A DNA stretch of 64,000 nucleotides, taken from positions 84,376 to 148,375 of the forward strand of contig JBMORA010000017.1 of the NCBI GenBank assembly GCA_049320885.1, read 5' to 3'. Position numbers and translations under genes: made by a program. The number at the start of each line of letters is the position of its first letter. The stretch's first letter is position 1. The notes beneath the pieces are model-generated. The model worked only from the letters and a program-made list of their open reading frames with translations. It searched no databases and was not told the origin of the DNA. The stretch is from Thermodesulfobacteriota bacterium. Its GTDB lineage: Bacteria; Desulfobacterota; Desulfobacteria; Desulfobacterales; SURF-7. Positions 27,898 through 38,791 of this stretch are shown here, in pieces.

Positions 27898-30800
27898 TCA
27901 ATGGATTTTGTTCAATATCGTTTTCAACTGCTCGAACCGTTTTTCCAGCTCCGGCATCAGGGCGCGGCAGGTTTCCATGTTCCCGTCGTTTCCCGCCGTC
28001 TCCATGGCCCGCGCGGTTTCCTCCATGGCCGGTCCGGCGATGTTGGCCGCCGCTCCCTTGATTTTGTGGGCCTGGGCGCTCGCCTGCTCCGGAGTTCCAT
28101 GCTCGATGCTGGCCCGGAGAGCCTGAAGCTGCCGGGGCATATCCACCAAAAAGGCGGCGATCACCTTGGCGATGAATTCCCGGTCCCCCAGCAGCCGGGA
28201 GGACAGTTTTTCCGGCTCGAAAACCGTCATGGCCTGCTCCTCCGTTGCATCGGGATGGTGCTGGGGCGTCGCGGATCCGGAACCGGCAGGCCCCATGGAA
28301 CCTGCCGGGCCACCCGGCGGTGCCGAAAGCCAGCGGTCGATGGCGGCGGCCAGGAGCTTCGGATCCACCGGTTTGACGATGTAATCGTTCATGCCGGCGG
28401 CCAGGCATTGTTCACGATCACCCTTCATGGCATGGGCGGTCATGGCAATGACCGGCAAGTCCTTGTTGCGTTCACCGGCTGCGCCTGCGCGGATCATTCC
28501 GGTGGCGTCATATCCGTCCAGTTCCGGCATCTGGCAATCCATCAGCACCAGGTGGTAGCGCTCTCGTTTCAGAGCTTCCAGGGCCTTGCTGCCGTTGTCC
28601 GCGACGTCGGCCCGGTAGCCCAGTTTGTTCAGTATTCCCAGGGCCACTGTCTGGCTGGTGGGAGTATCCTCCACCAGCAGAATCCGGATCCGCTGCTTGT
28701 TTCTTTCGGAAAGGCTGTGGCGGGTGATGAGTTCCGGACGACCCGTTACGGTTTCCGCCTGGCTGTCCGCCAGCTTCATGGAAAGGCGCAGGGCGTCGAG
28801 CAGTTGATCCTGCCGGACGGGCTTGGGTAAATAGGCGGAAAAGCCGATGGCCGTAAGTCTGGCGGCATCTCCCCGCTGCCCCATGGAGGTGAGCATGACC
28901 AGGATCGTTTCATGGATCCTGCTGTCGGCCTTGATGCGCCGGCCGAGTTCCTCGCCGTTCATTTCCGGCAGTTGCCTATCGATCAGGGCGATGCGATACG
29001 GATCCCCAGCCTCGGCGGCAAGGGCCAGCCTGGCGAGAGCCTCGGTCGGTCCGCCAGCCTCGTCGCATCTCCCTTTCCAGGTTTCCAAAAGGGTTTTTAT
29101 CAACAATCGGTTGGTCTGGTGGTCATCCACCACTAGTAGGCGCACGTTTTCAATATCGGCGGTATCGGGAATTCGGGTCTGTTCGGCTCCGGCCTGTTTT
29201 AGGAAGGAAGCCGTGAAACGGAATTCCGAACCAGCTCCTTCCCGGCTCTCGACGTGGATTTCACCGCTCATCATTTCCACCAGGGCCCTGGAAATGGAAA
29301 GACCCAGGCCGGTTCCACCGTATTTCCGGGTGGTGGAAGCGTCTGCCTGGGTAAAGGGCGAGAACAGGGTTTCCCGTTTGTCCGCCGGAATGCCGATGCC
29401 GGTGTCGGTAACCCGGAAGCGCAGAATCGCCTGGTCCACGCTTTCCGATTCCAGATCGACCCGAATGCCTACTTCGCCCTGATGTGTGAATTTCACGGCG
29501 TTGCCGGCAAGGTTGAGCAGGATTTGCCGGAGCCGTCCCGGGTCTCCCCGCAGCAGGGCCGGTACTTCCGGGTCCACGAAAACCGTCAGTTCCAGGCCTT
29601 TTTCCCGGGTCTTATAGGCCAGCATGGCGGCGATATCCGCCATGCTGGTACGCAGATCGAAGTTCAACATCTCCAGTTCGAGTTTGCCGGCTTCGATCTT
29701 GGAAAAATCCAGGATGTCGTTGATCAGCGTGAGCAGCGCCTCGCCGCTGGTGCGGATCAGCTCCGCGTACTGGCGCTGATCTTCCGTCAGTTCCGTATCG
29801 AGCAGCAGACCGGTGATGCCGATGACGCCGTTCATGGGGGTGCGGATTTCATGGCTCATGTTGGCCAGGAATTCGCTTTTGGCCGCGTTGGCCATGGCCG
29901 CCTGGGCGGCCATTTCCTTGGCGTAGAGGGTCTGCTCCTCCAAATGCCGGTTGAGGGTTTCGCTCTCTTCCTTGGCCCAACTCAGGGCCGTTTCCGTTTC
30001 CTTGCGGACGGTGATATCCGTGTGGGAGCCGGCCATGCGGTAGGGGATGCCCGACTCATCCCGGATGGCCTTTCCCCGGGCCAGAATCCAACGGAACGAA
30101 CCATCCTTATGACGCATGCGAAATTCGATGCTGAACAAGCCGATCTCCCCCCGCAGATACCGATGGACATAGTCCATTACATACGGAAAGTCGTCGGGAT
30201 GGACATTTTTTTCAAAGGTGCCGAACTCATTGGGCAGTTCCCCGTCCTCGTACCCCAGCATTTCCTTCCAGCGGGGGGACAGAAACAAGGTGTTGTCGCG
30301 GATGTTCCAATCGAAGATGCCGTCGTTGCTTCCCTGCACCGCCAGCATGAACTGCTCCCGGCTTGCCGCAAGTTCCTCCTGGGTTTGTTTCAGGTCGGTC
30401 ACATCCACCATGACGGTGAATACGGTTGTTTCCCCCTGGATTTCCATCAATTCGCCGTAAAATAGCCCGTCCAGCAACCGTCCGTCCTTGCAAGCCACTT
30501 TCAATTCGAATTGGTCGATCCGTCCTGTTTCCCGAAGCTGCCGGGAAGCATCGAGCTGCTTTTCGATCTGGGGGAAGAGGTTCAATTCCGCGGCGGTTCT
30601 GCCGATCACTTCTTCCCTGGTGTAGCCGAGGGTTTTCAGAAACGCATCGTTGACATCCTTGAATCGGCGTTCCGGCAGACTGTTGAGCGCCATGATGGCC
30701 GGGTTATGGCGGAAGAGGCTGTCGAAGGTCTGCAGGATGGTTTCCAGATGGGATTTGCTTTTTTCCAGATCGGCGGTGCGGTTCTCAACCAGTTGTTCCA

Positions 30801-31017
30801 GCATTGTCCGGCGATTGACGACCAATCCGATGAGCAGGGAGAAGACCGCGGTCATCAAAAATCCGACCAACAATGCCGTCACTCCGGACCGGACCGCCCA
30901 ATAGGTCCCTGCGGTCCCGACCGCCAATAAAAGGCACAGGGCTGCTGTCCAACAGCGGCCGGCTTTTCCGGGGGAAGGAGAGGACGATTCCTGGTGGGTT
31001 GTCGGGATAGCTGCCAT
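27898..31017 (-). CDS. Hybrid kinase TM-TM-PAS-PAS-HisKA-HATPase-REC-REC-Hpt
   Basis: [32 protein letters not shown]; two receivers (VVDDH.TN, LMDCQMP); Hpt AHKIKGAA. Confidence 0.93.
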   Translation of the reverse strand: MAAIPTTHQESSSPSPGKAGRCWTAALCLLLAVGTAGTYWAVRSGVTALLVGFLMTAVFSLLIGLVVNRRTMLEQLVENRTADLEKSKSHLETILQTFDSLFRHNPAIMALNSLPERRFKDVNDAFLKTLGYTREEVIGRTAAELNLFPQIEKQLDASRQLRETGRIDQFELKVACKDGRLLDGLFYGELMEIQGETTVFTVMVDVTDLKQTQEELAASREQFMLAVQGSNDGIFDWNIRDNTLFLSPRWKEMLGYEDGELPNEFGTFEKNVHPDDFPYVMDYVHRYLRGEIGLFSIEFRMRHKDGSFRWILARGKAIRDESGIPYRMAGSHTDITVRKETETALSWAKEESETLNRHLEEQTLYAKEMAAQAAMANAAKSEFLANMSHEIRTPMNGVIGITGLLLDTELTEDQRQYAELIRTSGEALLTLINDILDFSKIEAGKLELEMLNFDLRTSMADIAAMLAYKTREKGLELTVFVDPEVPALLRGDPGRLRQILLNLAGNAVKFTHQGEVGIRVDLESESVDQAILRFRVTDTGIGIPADKRETLFSPFTQADASTTRKYGGTGLGLSISRALVEMMSGEIHVESREGAGSEFRFTASFLKQAGAEQTRIPDTADIENVRLLVVDDHQTNRLLIKTLLETWKGRCDEAGGPTEALARLALAAEAGDPYRIALIDRQLPEMNGEELGRRIKADSRIHETILVMLTSMGQRGDAARLTAIGFSAYLPKPVRQDQLLDALRLSMKLADSQAETVTGRPELITRHSLSERNKQRIRILLVEDTPTSQTVALGILNKLGYRADVADNGSKALEALKRERYHLVLMDCQMPELDGYDATGMIRAGAAGERNKDLPVIAMTAHAMKGDREQCLAAGMNDYIVKPVDPKLLAAAIDRWLSAPPGGPAGSMGPAGSGSATPQHHPDATEEQAMTVFEPEKLSSRLLGDREFIAKVIAAFLVDMPRQLQALRASIEHGTPEQASAQAHKIKGAAANIAGPAMEETARAMETAGNDGNMETCRALMPELEKRFEQLKTILNKIH

Positions 31018-31120
31018 GAAAATGACCAGATGGATTTTTATTTTTTAGGGCAAAACATAGGAATTTGGTGGAGCGCTTTTCCGGTCTTCGGGAAATCGAA
31101 GAGAATACTACAGCTATATA

Positions 31121-31150
31121 TAACAAATTCAAACGCTCTTATCAAATTCA
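31121..31150 (-). promoter_or_regulatory. AT-rich direct repeat upstream of the hybrid kinase gene (possible regulator site)
   Basis: TAACAAATTCA (31121-31131) and TATCAAATTCA (31140-31150) in an AT-rich intergenic stretch. Confidence 0.3.
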
Positions 31151-31169
31151 TTCTGAGATCCATTCCCCA

Positions 31170-33785
31170 TTACCCAGTGCAGTTCAGTGCCTTTTCCACG
31201 GCCTCGCCCAATTCCCTGGCTTCGTGGGGTTTCAGCAGCAGACCATCCGCACCGATTTCCCGCATGGCGGCCGGGTCGATTTTTTCACTGAATCCCGTGC
31301 ACAGAATGGTTTTGATGTTCGGATTGATCTCGCGCAAGGCCCGGATAACCAGTTTGCCGCTCATTTCCGGCATGGACAAATCCGTGATGACCACATCGAA
31401 GGCATCGGGTGTCTGCCGAACGAGGGCGACGAGTTCCTTTGGATCGGTGCGGGCCTCCACCTGATACCCCAGACGTTCCAGCCGGAGCTTGCCGATTTTG
31501 GCGATGGCCTCCTCGTCATCCAGATAGGCGATCCGCTTGCATCCGGGAGACGCGGCGGTCTGGACCGGTTGGGCTGCTTCCGTTTGCTTGCCGCCGGAGG
31601 GGAAATAGCATTCCACCGTTGTTCCTTTTCCCGGATTGCTGATGATCCGGACGCCGCCGGCATGGGATTTCATGATCCCCCGCACCACCGCCAGTCCCAT
31701 ACCGGAACTCTTGCCGAACCCCTTGGTGGTGAAAAACGGATCGAAAATCCGGTCAATATGCTGGGGCTGGATTCCGCTGCCGGTGTCGGCCACCTCCAGG
31801 CAGACATAAGACCCTTTGTCAAGCTCGCAATCCAGCCATTTCACGGGAGCTGCCAATAGTCTGTTCTCCGCTTTGACCGTCAGCCTGCCGCCGCAATCGG
31901 CCATGGCATGCTGCGCGTTGGCGCACAGATTCAGCACCACTTGGGCGACCTGGATCGGATCGCAAACGATCATATCGCAGGGCAGGCTGGTCTCCATATC
32001 CAGGCGGATGGCGGAAGGCAGGGAAGATTTGACGGTGGCGGCCGTTTCCTGGATCAAGGCGCGCAGATCGATGCGTCGCTTTGCTTGCTCGGTTCCATGG
32101 GTAAACGTCATGAGCTGCCGGACGATATTCCGGCCCCGCTGGCTCGCGTCGAAAATTTCCTTCAGGTGGTCCCGTTCCTGGGGGTGGTACTGGGCCCCTT
32201 CCATGGCCAGTTCGGCATTGCCCATGATGATGCTCAGCAGATTATTGAATTCATGAGCGATTCCGGCGGTCATGGTGGCGATGGCCTCCATTTTCTGGGT
32301 GTGCCGGCGCTGATCTTCCATGGCTTTCCGTTCGGTGGTGATCTGGAAAAAGACCGAAATGCCGCTTGGGCTGGGGTAGATCCGCACATCGTACCAGTCG
32401 GTGTAAGGCTCGACGGTAAAGAAGGTTTCGAAGGTCAGCGGCTTTTTTTCCCGGAGGGCCAGGGCGTATTGATCCTCGAAAATCGTTCCTTTGGCTTCGG
32501 GAAAGGCGTCAAATATGTGCTTGCCCAGAACATCCTGGCGTTTGCGGCCCAGCAGGTTGCCGGCGGCATTGTTGAAATAAGTGATGGTCAGATCTTCGTC
32601 CAGGGCGAAGAACCCGTCGCTGATGCTTTCGAGGATAGTGGTAAGATGCTCCTCGCTGTCCCGGAGGAACGCCAGGGCCTGATCCCGGGCCTCCAGGAGG
32701 CGGCTGTTCCGCAGGGAAATGGCAGCAAATTCCCCGAAGGCGCCGGCCATTTCGGCATCCTTGGGGGTGAAGCCGCCCGGCTTGTTGGACAGTCCGATCA
32801 GGCCCACGGTTTTTCCATCCAGGATCAGCGGGGCGAACATCACGTTGTCCAGGGTGACATGGCCTTCGGGCATGAACTGGATCCACTCGCTGGTCATGAA
32901 GCGATTGTCATAAACCACCCGGCCGGTTTTGTAGGATTCGGCCCGCAGTCCCCGGATGGGCATGGGCAGTTCGGGATTCACCTTGCAGGGACGGCCGCCG
33001 GCTTCCAGGAACAGCAATTCGTTTTCGGCGCCGTCGGGACTCAGCAGGGCCACATATCCGGCGGTTGCGCCGATGAGTTCCCTGGCGGCGTCGAAAATGC
33101 ACCGGGCCGCCTTCTTGAAGTCACGGTATTCCAGAATCGCCCGGGAGCAGGCCAGCAACGCCTCTGTCTCCCGGGCCTTGCAGGTGGATTCATCAAGGGA
33201 GACCTGCAGGCGTTTCTCCACCTCTTTCAGTTCAGAGATATCGTGAACGATCATCAGCATCTGATTCGCGAACTGGTCCCACAGGATTTCCCCCGGACCG
33301 AGGAAACGCCCCTCCAGGCGGACGTAAAAATTCCGGCTGTTGCCGGCCGTTAAGCGCACCTCCATGGTCCGGTCGCCGGTTTTTTTCAGGAAGCTTTTGA
33401 AACGGGAAAAGAAGAGGGCTTTATCTTCCGGGACGACGAATTGGGAAAAGGGTTTCTGGAGAAGATCGGAGCGTTCTTTTTCCAGCATTTCGGTCAAGGT
33501 CCGGTTGGCGTCGGCGATCATGCCGGTCTGGTCCAGGATGCAGTAGCCCACCGGTGCCCGGTGATAGAGCAGGGCCAGCCGATCCCGGGACTTTTCCAGT
33601 TCCTTCTGGGCGTTTCGCAGCTCCTCGTTCTGGATTTCCAGTTCCACCTGGTAGACATGGATCTCGTCGATGAACTTGCCGATATCCTGTTTTGGAATGC
33701 TCTCGACGTCGGGAAAACGTTCCCTGAGCAGGAACTCGGCATTTTGCCGCAATGCGGCGAATTTGTCTTCGCGTATTTCTTTCAT
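31170..33785 (-). CDS. Cytoplasmic PAS-GAF-PAS hybrid histidine kinase with C-terminal REC
   Basis: QVELEIQNEELR coiled coil; APVGY PAS; GAF (FAPL...VGLIGLSNK.GGF); GIAHEFNN; ITDLSMP. SD aaggag. Confidence 0.92.
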   Translation of the reverse strand: MKEIREDKFAALRQNAEFLLRERFPDVESIPKQDIGKFIDEIHVYQVELEIQNEELRNAQKELEKSRDRLALLYHRAPVGYCILDQTGMIADANRTLTEMLEKERSDLLQKPFSQFVVPEDKALFFSRFKSFLKKTGDRTMEVRLTAGNSRNFYVRLEGRFLGPGEILWDQFANQMLMIVHDISELKEVEKRLQVSLDESTCKARETEALLACSRAILEYRDFKKAARCIFDAARELIGATAGYVALLSPDGAENELLFLEAGGRPCKVNPELPMPIRGLRAESYKTGRVVYDNRFMTSEWIQFMPEGHVTLDNVMFAPLILDGKTVGLIGLSNKPGGFTPKDAEMAGAFGEFAAISLRNSRLLEARDQALAFLRDSEEHLTTILESISDGFFALDEDLTITYFNNAAGNLLGRKRQDVLGKHIFDAFPEAKGTIFEDQYALALREKKPLTFETFFTVEPYTDWYDVRIYPSPSGISVFFQITTERKAMEDQRRHTQKMEAIATMTAGIAHEFNNLLSIIMGNAELAMEGAQYHPQERDHLKEIFDASQRGRNIVRQLMTFTHGTEQAKRRIDLRALIQETAATVKSSLPSAIRLDMETSLPCDMIVCDPIQVAQVVLNLCANAQHAMADCGGRLTVKAENRLLAAPVKWLDCELDKGSYVCLEVADTGSGIQPQHIDRIFDPFFTTKGFGKSSGMGLAVVRGIMKSHAGGVRIISNPGKGTTVECYFPSGGKQTEAAQPVQTAASPGCKRIAYLDDEEAIAKIGKLRLERLGYQVEARTDPKELVALVRQTPDAFDVVITDLSMPEMSGKLVIRALREINPNIKTILCTGFSEKIDPAAMREIGADGLLLKPHEARELGEAVEKALNCTG

Positions 33786-33903
33786 GGATAACTGCTCCTT
33801 TTACACTGGACAATGCCCTTGCGGGCACACTACGAGCGGATCCTCCTCGATCGCTTTTCGGAGCCTGGGGCCGGTTTGTAGCTCCGCCATGAGGTGTTTT
33901 CCA

Positions 33904-36900
33904 TTACCTCTTTTCCCCCATGATCGCCCCAATCATTCGCGCCACACGATGAAGCCGCTGCTTGGCGTATTCAATGATGAACGGCGGCCGTGACTCGTAG
34001 GTTTCGGCCTCCTTGCGAAGCAGTTCGGGGTCGACCCGGTATCTTCCTGCAATCTCCTTAAGCACAGCCCCGTCCTTGGGCGGATCGCCGTAGCCGAAAT
34101 TGATGGCGCCGACGATCTCCTCCCCGCACCGGACGGGAACCGCGTATAGCCGCAGGCCGCCGTTACAGGGGACATCCACGGCTTCGCCGGCTTGGATGGC
34201 GGCCAGAGAGGCTTCCCGCCAGCAGGATTCATGGCAGAGCCATTTGCCGCAGGAAAGGGCCTCCCGGTTGTCATCCGTGTCGCACAGCTCCCGGGAAGCC
34301 AGATCCAGGGTCCGGCACCAGCCGGAAGAGAACAGTCCCATGGCGTAATCCCCGTTTTTTTCGTAAATGGCTCCCGAGGTCTCCAGTAATCCAAGATAAT
34401 CGGCGGCCAAGTCCCGGAGCAACCCGGCGCCCATCGTGTCCAGGATGCGCCGGGACAGGTTCAATGCGGTCAGGTCACCGTATGGCTGTCCCGGGTCGGC
34501 CGTCGACTTTCGCGAGGTTTTGGGTGTCATGAGCCATTCGATGCGGCGCAGGGCTTCCGTGTTCTTCCGTTTGGTCGTGATGTCGTCAAAAATGGTGGCG
34601 AAGTGATTCGCAGACGGGCGGTAGGCCGAAACCGAATACCAGCGGTCGAGGGCTTCGGCATAGCTTTCGAATTGAATGGGCTCGCCAGTCTGGACCACCT
34701 TGCCGTATCGGCCGATCCAGTCGAAGTCGGATTCCCGGATATCGGGAATCACCTCCGTGACTTTTTTCCCGATGATGGCTTTCCGTGATAAGCCGGTCAT
34801 TTTTTCGAAAGCGTCATTGGCTTCCAGGAACACATAGTCGATGGGCCTGCCGGCTTCGTCCCAGACGATTTCGTGGAGGGCGAACCCGTTCATCATCCGG
34901 TCGAACAGCTCGCGGTAGCGTGCTTCGCTGCTCTCGGCCCGGCGGGCAATCCGGATCTTTTCGGTTATGTCCTCGATCACCGCCACCATGCCGTCAAAGG
35001 TGCCGGTTTCGTCAAAAAGCGGCGAGGCGTTGATGGTCAGCAGGAGGCGATTGCCAGCGGAGTCCTCCACGGCGTGGCGGATGTTGAACACCGGCTTGCA
35101 GGTGCGGCGCACGATTTCAAAGGGCAGCTGTTCGTCCGGTAAAGAATTGCCGTCGTAATCGGTGATCTTCCATGCCGGGGCGTTGAACGCCCGGCCGTGC
35201 AATTCCTCCTTCTGAAGGTTGAACAGGTTGCGGGCCGGGGCATTGGCGAAAATGATGCTGCCGGATTTGTCCACCATGGTAATGGCGACCGGGCTGGTGT
35301 TCATGACGCGGTCCATCAGGTCCCGCTCCTGGCGAAGGGTATGGGCCGTCTGGTGCAACTGGGCTTCGCTGGCGTTCAGGGCCTTCTGGGCCGCCTTCAG
35401 GCGGGTGATTTCGATAAAGGTCACCACCACCCCGGAAAAGGCGCTGGGGCCAATCTTGTAGGGCAGCACCCGCATCAGATACCAGTTGCCGTCCTCGGTG
35501 CACACTTCCTGATCCAGACGCCGTCCGGTTTCGTGGACTTCCTCGAAGATTTCGAAGGGGTCGATGTCCGCCAGGCGGTGATTCAGGTGGCTGATGGGCC
35601 GGCCCACATCCCCTTCCCGGATTTTATAGACGTCCTGAATTTTGAGAGTGAACTTGCGGATTTCCAGGTCCTCGTCCAGGAACAGGGTGCCGATGTCGGT
35701 GCTGGTGAGGAGGTTGTCCATGTCGTTATTGAGCTCGGTGAGTTCGACGATCTTGCTCTGGTATTCGGCGTTGACGGTATAAAGCTCCTCGTTAACCGAC
35801 TGGAGTTCCTCGTTGGTGCTCTGCAGCTCTTCGTTGCTGGCCAGCAATTCTTCGTTGGTGGCCTGGAGTTCTTCGTTGGAGGTTTCCAGCTCCTCAATGG
35901 TGGCCTGGAGGTTTTCCTTGGTGAACTGGAGTTCGTGTTCCAGGTCGAGGATGCGCTGGGCCGTCTCCTTGCCCACGTCAAAGGTGCGGGAGTCAGCGAT
36001 GGGCTCCCTGTCCCGCCGGATCATTTCCTCGAGCAGGACGGCGACAAGAGGTTCTTGACCTTTTTTCAACGGCAGGGCGCGGATGCGCATGCCGATCTTT
36101 TTTTCCGATCCGTTCCGTTTGATCCGGATATTGGTGTACTGGATTTCCTCGCCGGTTTTAAAGACTTTCTGGATTCCCGTTGCAAGGGGAATGGCCAAAT
36201 CCTTGACGGCCATCTTGGAGATGTCGTTGTCCATCTTGCCTTCCGGCACCTTGAAATATCCTTCGGTGCTTCCGGCCACATAAAGGATTTCCAGCGTTTC
36301 ATTGACCAGCACCACCAGGGGGATGTAATCCTTTGAAAGGGCCTGGATGAGCCGGTCCAGTGCTCTTTCCTCTTCATAGGATTTCAACATTCGGCCTCCG
36401 ACCCGGCGATATTCCCGGGCCGGTTTTTCGAGGATGCGCGGCAGGGTCACCAGCGCATCGCCGGTATCCTTGGGTTTCCGCCTGCCCCGGGACTGGTAGA
36501 TTTTCCATTTGTGATGGAGAGGGTCGAAATAATCCGCCATGTCGCCGGTGGTTTCGGAGGTTCCAAGAAACAGGAGACCCTGGGGGGTAAGGGAGAAATT
36601 AAACAATTCGAGGGCCTTTTTCTGCAGCACGGGCTGGAGATAGATGAGCAGGTTGCGGCAGCTGAGCAGATCGATGTTGGTGAAGGGCGGATCCTTAATG
36701 ATGTTATGCCGGGCGAAGACCACCATCTCGCGGATGTTGCGGTTGATCTGAAAATTGTCGGATTTGCGGTAAAAATATTTGGCCAGGAGCGCCGGGGAGA
36801 GGTCGCCGGCGATGCTTTCCGGGTATTCGCCGGTGCTGGCCCGCTGGATGGCGTCCCGGTCGATGTCCGTGGCGAAGATCTTGACATCCGCTGATTTCCC

Positions 36901-37938
36901 CAATTTTTCCATGCATTCCCGGCTTAGGATGGCCAGGGTGTAAGCCTCCTCGCCGGTGGAGCAACCGGCGGTCCAGAAACGGATTTCCCGGTCGACTTCC
37001 CGTTTGATCAACTGGGGCAGCCATTTGGTTTCCAGTTCGGCGAAGGCCTCGGGGTCCCGGAAAAAACTGGTCACGCCGATGAGCAATTCGCGGTACAGGG
37101 CCGCCACCTCGCCGGGAAAGCTCTCCAGGTATTTGACATAGTCTGAAAGCACCAGAATCTGGTTCACCGTCATCCGGCGTTCGATTCGCCGCACCACCGT
37201 GCTGGGTTTGTAATAGGTGAAATCCACCTTGCTCTTTTCCCTGAGCAGGGCGAAGATGCGGGTCAGGCTGTCCTCGTCGGTGAGCAGGGTGTCGGAGCGT
37301 TCGGTCCGGGACACGTATGGGTGGCGGATATAGGACTGAATCTGGGCCGGCATTTTTTCCGGTGGCAGGATGAAATCCGCGAGGCCTGTGGATATGGCGC
37401 TGCGGGGCATGCCGTCGAATTTGGCTGATTCCTCGTTCTGGACCATGACCATGCCGCCGTTTTCCTTGATGGCCCGGATGCCCCGCATGCCGTCGCTGCC
37501 GGTGCCGGAGAGGATGATGGCGATGGCCTTGGGTCCCTGGTCCTCGGCCAGGGAGCGCAGAAAAATGTCGATGGGCAGGTTGAGGCCCTTTGAATGATCC
37601 TGGTCCTTCAGCAGGAGTTTGCCGTGGAAAATGGTAAGGTTTTTCTTGGGCGGGATCAGGTATACGGAATCCGGAGCCACGGCCATGCCGTCCTCGGCCC
37701 GGTGGACCGGCATTTCCGTTTTTTTGGACAGCAGCTCCACCATCAGGCTTTTGTAATCCGGCGATAAATGCTGGACCACGATAAAAGCCAGGCCGCTTTT
37801 ATAGTGTACATTCTTGATAAAGGTTTCAATGGCTTCCAACCCACCGGCGGAAGCGCCGATGCCCACATAATAGAGCGGCAGCGGATCGGGATTCTGGGTG
37901 GTTGGATACTCCGGTTCCGAATGGATGTCATCCTTCAT
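33904..37938 (-). CDS. CheB-CheR fusion with coiled coil, PAS domains and a C-terminal PocR-like domain
   Basis: CheB GASAGG/VQHL/GTGSDG; Che[28 protein letters not shown] heptads; PAS repeats; Cys-rich SGWC...LCHESC...PCNGG..LYAVPV...VGAI. ATG at 37938 after SD gagg. Confidence 0.92.
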   Translation of the reverse strand: MKDDIHSEPEYPTTQNPDPLPLYYVGIGASAGGLEAIETFIKNVHYKSGLAFIVVQHLSPDYKSLMVELLSKKTEMPVHRAEDGMAVAPDSVYLIPPKKNLTIFHGKLLLKDQDHSKGLNLPIDIFLRSLAEDQGPKAIAIILSGTGSDGMRGIRAIKENGGMVMVQNEESAKFDGMPRSAISTGLADFILPPEKMPAQIQSYIRHPYVSRTERSDTLLTDEDSLTRIFALLREKSKVDFTYYKPSTVVRRIERRMTVNQILVLSDYVKYLESFPGEVAALYRELLIGVTSFFRDPEAFAELETKWLPQLIKREVDREIRFWTAGCSTGEEAYTLAILSRECMEKLGKSADVKIFATDIDRDAIQRASTGEYPESIAGDLSPALLAKYFYRKSDNFQINRNIREMVVFARHNIIKDPPFTNIDLLSCRNLLIYLQPVLQKKALELFNFSLTPQGLLFLGTSETTGDMADYFDPLHHKWKIYQSRGRRKPKDTGDALVTLPRILEKPAREYRRVGGRMLKSYEEERALDRLIQALSKDYIPLVVLVNETLEILYVAGSTEGYFKVPEGKMDNDISKMAVKDLAIPLATGIQKVFKTGEEIQYTNIRIKRNGSEKKIGMRIRALPLKKGQEPLVAVLLEEMIRRDREPIADSRTFDVGKETAQRILDLEHELQFTKENLQATIEELETSNEELQATNEELLASNEELQSTNEELQSVNEELYTVNAEYQSKIVELTELNNDMDNLLTSTDIGTLFLDEDLEIRKFTLKIQDVYKIREGDVGRPISHLNHRLADIDPFEIFEEVHETGRRLDQEVCTEDGNWYLMRVLPYKIGPSAFSGVVVTFIEITRLKAAQKALNASEAQLHQTAHTLRQERDLMDRVMNTSPVAITMVDKSGSIIFANAPARNLFNLQKEELHGRAFNAPAWKITDYDGNSLPDEQLPFEIVRRTCKPVFNIRHAVEDSAGNRLLLTINASPLFDETGTFDGMVAVIEDITEKIRIARRAESSEARYRELFDRMMNGFALHEIVWDEAGRPIDYVFLEANDAFEKMTGLSRKAIIGKKVTEVIPDIRESDFDWIGRYGKVVQTGEPIQFESYAEALDRWYSVSAYRPSANHFATIFDDITTKRKNTEALRRIEWLMTPKTSRKSTADPGQPYGDLTALNLSRRILDTMGAGLLRDLAADYLGLLETSGAIYEKNGDYAMGLFSSGWCRTLDLASRELCDTDDNREALSCGKWLCHESCWREASLAAIQAGEAVDVPCNGGLRLYAVPVRCGEEIVGAINFGYGDPPKDGAVLKEIAGRYRVDPELLRKEAETYESRPPFIIEYAKQRLHRVARMIGAIMGEKR

Positions 37939-38110
37939 GGACAACCTCGTGACGGCGGCAGAGATGCACTGCGGCCTGATGACGTTATCGGTGGGTGGCG
38001 GCGTCGGTTAACCCGCCACATTCGAAATAAAAATCCCCTCTATGATAATAATGGATCGGAGGAAAGATGAATATCGGTGGATGTGCCTAATTTGGAATAG
38101 GTAAAACTAC

Positions 38111-38791
38111 TCACACCACGGTGTACCCTTTGACAATCGCATACCGCACCAGATCCGCCGTGCGCTTCACGTTCAGCTTGCTCATCAAATTGGCCCGGTG
38201 ATTCTGGACCGTGCGGAGGCTGATGTGAAGGAGTTCCCCGATTTCCCGACTGGATTTGCCTTCGGCGATCAGCTTCAGGATTTCCCGCTCCCGGGTGGTC
38301 AGGGGGTCCGGATCCGGATGGGGCTTGCCCCGATACAACTGGAGTAGATCGTCGGTCAGGTCCTTGAACAGGATCGGCGAGATGTATTTTTCGCCTTTTC
38401 GGATGGTCCGGATGGCGGACAGCAATTCGGTGTCCGCGTCTTCTTTGAGCAGATACCCTTCCACGCCGGCCGATATGGCGTTCCGGAAATAGGCCATGTC
38501 CCGATGCATGGTAAGGAGCAGAATCCGGATGTGGGGATGCAGCGCTTTGATTTCCCTTGCGGCCTCTAATCCCCGGAGATGGGGCATGGCGATGTCCAGG
38601 ATGATCAGGTCCGGCCGGGCGTGATTCAGTATTTTAAGGAGCTGGAGACCGTCCCCGGCCTCGCCGATGATCGAGAGATCCGGATATTCCGATATGATCC
38701 GGTGGACGCCTTGACGGAACAGGACATGATCGTCAGCCAAGATGATGGTATATGGATTCTCCGATGAGTGCCTGTTGGTTTGAATTGTCAT
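38111..38791 (-). CDS. NarL/FixJ-family response regulator (REC-LuxR HTH)
   Basis: LADDH, LDIAMP, LTMH, GYLLK; LTTREREILKLIAEG...TVQNHRANLM.KL. Confidence 0.95.
   Translation of the reverse strand: MTIQTNRHSSENPYTIILADDHVLFRQGVHRIISEYPDLSIIGEAGDGLQLLKILNHARPDLIILDIAMPHLRGLEAAREIKALHPHIRILLLTMHRDMAYFRNAISAGVEGYLLKEDADTELLSAIRTIRKGEKYISPILFKDLTDDLLQLYRGKPHPDPDPLTTREREILKLIAEGKSSREIGELLHISLRTVQNHRANLMSKLNVKRTADLVRYAIVKGYTVV

Noticed and set aside
33801..33890. 29-codon minus-strand ORF (MAELQTGPRLRKAIEEDPLVVCPQGHCPV) between CheBR and the next kinase
   Set aside because: No convincing SD and too short to support; no canonical slippery heptamer linking it to CheBR.
35780..35930. 21-bp periodic repeat encoding NEELQ heptads
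   Set aside because: Standard coiled coil of CheB-CheR fusions, not an independent DNA repeat element.
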